64,000 nt of DNA from an uncultured Verrucomicrobiae bacterium (lineage in GTDB: Bacteria > Verrucomicrobiota > Verrucomicrobiia > Limisphaerales > Palsa-1400): the NCBI GenBank assembly GCA_963707025.1, contig CAVPOM010000009.1:96001-160000 (forward strand), given 5' to 3'. The notes under the pieces are model-generated. The model did not search any database. It had not been told where the DNA came from and saw only the letters and a list, made by a program, of their open reading frames with translations. The position numbers were made by a program, and so were the translations under genes. Shown here piece after piece: positions 58,862-64,000 of the stretch (position 1 is the first letter of the stretch; each line of letters opens with the position of its first letter).

Positions 58862-58998
58862 GCCAGACCGTGGAAAAAGACCTGCAAATGCTCAAAGAGG
58901 CCGGCCTGGACCCGAACTGGGACAAACACGATTTCAGTGACCAGGAAGAAACGGCCTGCGGTAAAGCAAGCTGCGAAACCAAAACGGCCTTGGCATAA
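58858..58998 (+). repeat. Diverged duplicate of the bioB 3' end (46-aa ORF)
   Basis: SQTVEKDLQMLKEAGLDPNWDKHDFSDQE..SCETKTALA versus bioB NQPVEKDLQMLKDLGLDPNWDKHDFRDQE..SCETEPALI. Confidence 0.9.
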
Positions 58999-59016
58999 AG
59001 AATTAAGCCGTGACCA

Positions 59017-59730
59017 ATGGCAAATCTGCTCGTAAAAACTTATGTAGATGAATCACTCGCACAATTGAGGCGGCTTGGGCAAATGCGGTGGCCCGGCAAG
59101 CTGCCTGATTCAATGCGAGATGCTTCAATTCCAGCGTCCAAAGATTGGATCGGTTGGAAGCCGGTCGCTAGCACGGTGACTGACGCTGAACTTGATACTC
59201 TCGAAAAAGAAACCAAGTTGGCATTTCCTCCGGCATATCGGGATTTCTTGAAGTATTTGCACTTCGTTGGCCTTACTGAAATAGGGATTCGTTTTGAAAG
59301 GCATTTGTGTAGTGACTGGCGTGATAAACTTCAACGTGCATATTTCCAATCTTGGCCGCGCGAGCGGATACTGGATATTGGCCTGTTGCCATTCGGTGAC
59401 GAAAGCCAAATGGATGCCGGACCAGTTTGCTTTGACACTCGCTCCCGTTTCCAAGATGGAGATTGCCCTGTTGTGTTCTGGGATCACGAATGGATAGGCT
59501 CAGATCAGGAAATACGCCCGATGTTTTCTTCCAGCGTAAAAATGTTCGAGTGCCTCACTCTTGTCGCGCAGACGGATTTCAATTTTATCTATCACGACTT
59601 GGATGACGAACTGACTTCTTTGCCGAAGCGGCAGCAAGCATTAGCCCAATTTCTAGCCATTGATCCAACAGGCGCGGGTGGAGTGGCCAAGGATTACTGG
59701 ACGTGCTGGGGTGTCCGTCCTGCTGTCTAA
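59017..59730 (+). CDS. SMI1/KNR4 (SUKH) family protein
   Basis: LEKETKLAFPPAYRDFL, LLPFGD..., CFD...PVVFWDHE motifs; lower GC. Confidence 0.8.
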   Translation: MANLLVKTYVDESLAQLRRLGQMRWPGKLPDSMRDASIPASKDWIGWKPVASTVTDAELDTLEKETKLAFPPAYRDFLKYLHFVGLTEIGIRFERHLCSDWRDKLQRAYFQSWPRERILDIGLLPFGDESQMDAGPVCFDTRSRFQDGDCPVVFWDHEWIGSDQEIRPMFSSSVKMFECLTLVAQTDFNFIYHDLDDELTSLPKRQQALAQFLAIDPTGAGGVAKDYWTCWGVRPAV

Positions 59731-59823
59731 TTACGTCGTGCCCAAAGAGGAATCTGTTACCACGCATTCCCGAGGGCCGGAGGCGCAACTTCCTTGCAGA
59801 AGCACAAACCAAAAAAAATCGTT

Positions 59824-59930
59824 AGCCCCGTCGGGGCGGCATATTCAGGCCATTTCCAGAAGATTTCGCTCCTACGGAGCTTTGGCCGTTTTTGATGGTC
59901 CAACTACAAAGATGGCAGCCCTACGGGCTT
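59824..59930. repeat. Cluster of short REP-like palindromes
   Basis: gccccgtcggggc, gctcctacggagc, gccctacgggc. Confidence 0.6.
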
Positions 59931-60109
59931 GGCAGCCATGCGTCCACCAGCTTGCGGGCGTCTTCCGCTGGGATTCCCTCGCCTCGGCGCGCCTGCTCGC
60001 GGGCGGTCTGGATGCCCGCCAGCAGTTCAATTTCGCGCGCAATTTCCGCCAGAGACATTTCTTCCGGCAGTTTGCGGACAAATTCGATGACGGTTTCCCG
60101 GCTGCTCAT
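59921..60109 (-). CDS. Small antitoxin-like protein without an adjacent toxin
   Basis: MSSRETVIEFVRKLPEEMSLAEI.REIE.LA.I..A.EQ..RGEGIP.ED..KL...W pattern, recalled from genes upstream of RelE/ParE toxins. Confidence 0.6.
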   Translation of the reverse strand: MSSRETVIEFVRKLPEEMSLAEIAREIELLAGIQTAREQARRGEGIPAEDARKLVDAWLPSP

Positions 60110-60195
60110 GGCTATATTATCCTCTATTGCCAAAAAAATGCAAGCTGAACAGTTTTTCTTTGCGTTCCTGGCGTCCCTTGCGCGAAGCTTTCCCG

Positions 60196-60960
60196 GTGCA
60201 GCGACTCGGCAAAAACGTGGGCGGCTATCACGGCGAGACCATCGAAATCCAAAAAGTTCTCCAGGAAATCGAGCAGGCCGCGGCGGGAAAAAACTGGACG
60301 CGCGATCCTGTTTCCGCCCCGGTTGAATTCATCGCCTGGCGCCGCGCCGTTCCATCGCCGCGCCGCCGCGTCTATATTTCCGCCGGCATCCACGGCGACG
60401 AACCCGCCGGGCCGCTCGCCGCCCTGCAATTGTTGCGCGAAAATCATTGGCCCGCCGATGCCTCCCTCTGGCTTTGCCCCTGTCTCAACCCCTCCGGCTT
60501 TGCGCTCAACCGCCGCGAAAACAGCGGGGGGATTGATCTGAACCGCGACTACCGCCACCTGCAAAGCGCCGAAGTCCGCGCCCATGTCCAGTGGCTCGGG
60601 CAGCAGCCGGATTTCGACCTGGTGCTCTGCCTGCACGAGGATTGGGAAGCGCACGGCTTTTATCTCTATGAACTGAATCCCGATCACCGTCCTTCCCTGG
60701 CAGAAGGCATCATTGAGGCGGTGGCGGCGGTGTGCCCGGTTGATCCGTCGCCCGTGATTGAAGACCGGCCCGCCCAAAACGGCGTCATCCGCCCCGTTTT
60801 CAACCTAATGGATCGTCCGCAGTGGCCGGAAGCCCTTTATTTGGCCGGCCAAAACAAAACCCGCCTCAGCTACACCTTCGAAGCCCCCTCTGATTTCCCG
60901 ATGGCCACGCGCGTCGCCGCGCTCGCCACCGCCGTGCGCACCGCTCTTCAGTCGCTTTGA
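60196..60960 (+). CDS. M14-family metallocarboxypeptidase / succinylglutamate desuccinylase-like
   Basis: SAGIHGDEPAG, NP.G...NRREN..GIDLNR, LHED and TFEAPS motifs. Confidence 0.88.
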   Translation: MQRLGKNVGGYHGETIEIQKVLQEIEQAAAGKNWTRDPVSAPVEFIAWRRAVPSPRRRVYISAGIHGDEPAGPLAALQLLRENHWPADASLWLCPCLNPSGFALNRRENSGGIDLNRDYRHLQSAEVRAHVQWLGQQPDFDLVLCLHEDWEAHGFYLYELNPDHRPSLAEGIIEAVAAVCPVDPSPVIEDRPAQNGVIRPVFNLMDRPQWPEALYLAGQNKTRLSYTFEAPSDFPMATRVAALATAVRTALQSL

Positions 60961-61029
60961 GATGAGGGATGCTCCCGGCGGTTGACTCCGGGGGAGGATT
61001 GTGCTCATGATCCCTCTTGCTGGAATTTC

Positions 61030-63147
61030 ATGAATATGACTTCTGCTCTTTTGTTGGTGGCAACATCTGTCCACAGCCGGCTGTGCCAAGCTGTTGCCGC
61101 GGCCAAGGACCGCCGCGGCCGCGTGGCGCTGTGGGCGGCACTGATTCTGCCCTCTTTTTCCGGCCAGGGCGGGACCGTGCTGCCAACCATCGCCCAGCAG
61201 CCGGCGTCTCCGGTGGGCCTTCTGGTGGGTGAGGCGCTGAATTTGAAAGTCGAGTCCGCCGGTGCCGCCCCCCTCACCTATCAATGGCGCACCAATAACG
61301 TCAATCTGGCCGATGGCGGCACCATTTCCGGTTCCGCCACCAGCAACCTGGTCATCCGCCCGGCGTTCACCAACAACAGCGGCAGTTACACCGTGGTCGT
61401 GGCCAATGCCTCCGGCGTTGTCACCAGCAGAGTTTCGGTGGTCACCGTGTCGCTGGACAAGACCCCGCCGAAAGTGGCGATCACCTTTCCCGCGCCCGGA
61501 ACGCGCACCAACGCCGGAGTGACCGTGACGTTCGGTGGAACCGCCTCGGACAACGTGCTGGTGACCAATGTCAGCTATTGGGTTACCAACCTGAACGGTT
61601 TGGACAGCGCGTCTCCCGCGCAGGGCCAGGCGGTGTTGACCGCCGGATCCGGCCCGGTTTCAAATTGGACGGCCAGCGTTGTTGCGCCCGCGGGCGGCTC
61701 CAATATTCTCGTGGTGCAGAGCCAGGATTTTTCGGGCAATCCGTCGTCACTTGAAACCTTGAAATTCTTTGTGAAAACTCCAACCCTGTTGGCGCTCGCC
61801 ACCAACGGATATGGCAAGGTGAAGGGAACGTCTTCCATCAGAGGGGATGCGCCCCCCACCAATGGCGCGTTGCTCAACGTGGGGGAGGCCTATGCCCTGA
61901 CGGCCACGCCGGCGCTCAACAACTACCTTGCCGGATGGTCCGGGACGTCGTTGACCGCTTTTGGGGCGAGCAACGGCCTGACGCTGAACTTTATCATGGA
62001 GAGCAACACCGCCATCACCGCCAACTTCATCACCAATAGATTTGTGGGGATGGCGGGGATTTACAACGGGCTGTTTTCTTCCGCCGAAATTGGCACGAAC
62101 ACCGAGGAAACCGCCGGGATGATCAGCGGCTTGACTTTAAACACACGCGGGGTCTATAGCGCCACCGTGTTACTGGGAGGGGAGGGCCGGGGCATCTCGG
62201 GAACCTTTACGCCCGAGGGCTATGCGACCAACACGCTGCTTGTCAGCAACGTGCCGGACGGGAACGTGACGGTGGAGTTGTCGTGCGATGGGACCAACAC
62301 TCCGCGCACCATCCACGGCTGGGTGATCGGAACCAACACCATCCTCCTGCCCAATGGCACCGAACAAGCAGGATGGCAATCCGAAGCGGCCCTGGTGGCC
62401 AGTCTGACCAACACCAGTAATTTTCCCGGCGCCTACACCCTGCTGATTCCGCCCGCCAGCAACGCCATCGGCACAAACGTTCCCACCGGCTGTGGCTACG
62501 TGGCGCTGACCAATACTTTGCGGGCAGGCGGGGTTCCGGCCGCCGTCAGGCTCACGGGTTTGCTGCCGGACTGGGCCAGCATTGTGACGGTGATTCCGAT
62601 TGGGGAAGACAACGCGATGCCGATTTATCTAAATTATTACAACACCCCCCAGCCCGGCATGTTGTTTGGGATGCTCACCCTTGCTTCCAACGCGCCCTAC
62701 GTCCCCTCGGGTTATTTGACCTGGATCAGGAAGGCATCGTCCATCGGTTTGTTCACGAATGGATTCACCAATAATTACCCTTTCGTGGAAGTATCGCCGT
62801 GGTCAAACGCGGTGCGCCTCAGCAATATTATCACCACCCATCAACTGGTTCTGGCGGACGGCGGACTCACGGCGCCTCTGACCTATGCAGTCACGGTGAG
62901 CGGAACCAACCTGGTGCTGGCCCAGTCCGGCGCCTCCACAAATCATGCCTCCGGCTCCGTCAATACGAACACCGGCAAACTGACCATCACCTTCACCAAT
63001 GACCTCAAGGTAAAGGTGATCGGGCAGGGAGCCCTCCTGCAAAATACCAATGGCAGCGCCAATTTGGGGGGCGGGTTTTTCATCGTGGGACCCGCCGCCA
63101 CTCCCACCAACAGCGGCTCCATCTCCTGGCAGTTGCCGTCACCCTGA
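61030..63147 (+). CDS. Secreted Ig-like domain protein
   Basis: PTIAQQP...PLTYQW...SGATSNL..NSGSYTVVV.N Ig repeat, DKTPPKVAIT Big domain; Thr/Asn/Gly-rich. Confidence 0.8.
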   Translation: MNMTSALLLVATSVHSRLCQAVAAAKDRRGRVALWAALILPSFSGQGGTVLPTIAQQPASPVGLLVGEALNLKVESAGAAPLTYQWRTNNVNLADGGTISGSATSNLVIRPAFTNNSGSYTVVVANASGVVTSRVSVVTVSLDKTPPKVAITFPAPGTRTNAGVTVTFGGTASDNVLVTNVSYWVTNLNGLDSASPAQGQAVLTAGSGPVSNWTASVVAPAGGSNILVVQSQDFSGNPSSLETLKFFVKTPTLLALATNGYGKVKGTSSIRGDAPPTNGALLNVGEAYALTATPALNNYLAGWSGTSLTAFGASNGLTLNFIMESNTAITANFITNRFVGMAGIYNGLFSSAEIGTNTEETAGMISGLTLNTRGVYSATVLLGGEGRGISGTFTPEGYATNTLLVSNVPDGNVTVELSCDGTNTPRTIHGWVIGTNTILLPNGTEQAGWQSEAALVASLTNTSNFPGAYTLLIPPASNAIGTNVPTGCGYVALTNTLRAGGVPAAVRLTGLLPDWASIVTVIPIGEDNAMPIYLNYYNTPQPGMLFGMLTLASNAPYVPSGYLTWIRKASSIGLFTNGFTNNYPFVEVSPWSNAVRLSNIITTHQLVLADGGLTAPLTYAVTVSGTNLVLAQSGASTNHASGSVNTNTGKLTITFTNDLKVKVIGQGALLQNTNGSANLGGGFFIVGPAATPTNSGSISWQLPSP

Positions 63148-63418
63148 TCCGGGGTTTTGCCATCCCGGGCCGCGGTGAACAGGTTGGGAACAAGCCGTTA
63201 GCCATCTGTCAAAAAGCCGCGGCCCCATCCGCTCCGGGTGAACAAAATTGTGAAAATCCGGGGAATCCTCGTGGGGGCCGGTGAAAAATCACAGTTTGAG
63301 GTTGACATTACCTTTAACCAAGAGGTATCATCCGTCCGGCATGGTGAATAAGCTGGCAGCATCTTTTAATAATCGGAGCGTGACGCGCAGGCGCAGAAGT
63401 TGTTTTGTTGTTCTTCCC

Positions 63419-64000
63419 ATGAGTGAAGCCATTCTCGAACAGGAACCGGACCCGGCGGATTTGCAAAAATCCCGCCGCCGCCATCCCGGCAATTCCGCCA
63501 CTGCCAACACCCCTGCCCTGGACCGCCTGCCGCCCAGTTCCACCGAGGCCGAACAGGGCGTGCTGGGCTGCGTCCTGCTCTCCCCCAACGATTGCCTGGG
63601 CGAGTGCATCGAAAAACTCAAGCCCGGTCCGGAGGTCTTTTACGACCTGCGCCATCAGACCATATTCCAAACCCTGGTGGAAATGTACGACCAGCGGGCC
63701 GGCATTGACCTGATCACCCTCCAGCAACGCCTCAAGGACCGCCAGCAATTGGAGGGCGTGGGCGGCCTGGCCTACCTGGCCTCACTGCCCGACGCCGTGC
63801 CTTCCGCCGCCGGCCTGGGCTACTACCTGGACATCGTCCTCGAAAAATACCTCCTGCGCAAGATGATCCAGACCTGCACCTCCATTGTCGGCCGGGTGTT
63901 TGAGCACGAAGGCGAGGTGGACGCCCTGCTGGATGAAGTCGAGCGCGACATTTTCCGCATCTGCGAAGAACGGGTGACCGGCGCCAACCCCAGCGTGCGC
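63419..64000 (+). CDS. dnaB: Replicative DNA helicase DnaB (runs off the window end)
   Basis: DRLPPSSTEAEQGVLGCVLL, FYDLRHQTIF, IDLITL and VGGLAYLASL motifs; TTGACA-18-TATCAT at 63302-63331. Confidence 0.93.
   Translation, partial: MSEAILEQEPDPADLQKSRRRHPGNSATANTPALDRLPPSSTEAEQGVLGCVLLSPNDCLGECIEKLKPGPEVFYDLRHQTIFQTLVEMYDQRAGIDLITLQQRLKDRQQLEGVGGLAYLASLPDAVPSAAGLGYYLDIVLEKYLLRKMIQTCTSIVGRVFEHEGEVDALLDEVERDIFRICEERVTGANPSVR

Overview
High-GC bacterial window. Gene content and style (ECF sigma/TIGR03435 fusion, permease-prefix proteins, Ig-rich secreted protein) suggest Verrucomicrobiota, Pedosphaera-like; this is an inference. 1-25 kb is mostly core genome: nuoN, ferredoxin, prs-rplY-pth-rpsF-ssb-rplI, tRNA-Arg(CCT), ABC exporter, hisS, oppA, secG-tpiA-pgk. 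About 25-50.3 kb is a decayed accessory region. It holds three small genes sharing a CCCCAT-N22-TAnnnT promoter architecture, an IS4 with a 9-bp TSD, two glycan-degrading enzymes, an integrase remnant beside a tRNA-3'-end att core, and type IV TA remnants. It also holds a complete 3.68-kb IS21-family element (7-bp TSD) carrying two accessory ORFs and an Imm35/YrhB cargo gene, a Septu-like ATPase+HNH pair hit by two IS3 copies, a PadR-coupled membrane protein with a SecY plug-like segment, and an 8x TGTAACG array. 50.4-64 kb returns to core-like genes: fluoride riboswitch-antiporter-usp, pilT, POT transporter, TAXI, bioB with a duplicated 3' tail, an Ig-domain protein and partial dnaB. Several isolated 1-bp indels suggest residual assembly errors. 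No CRISPR array or rRNA was seen. All family calls come from motif recognition, not database searches.
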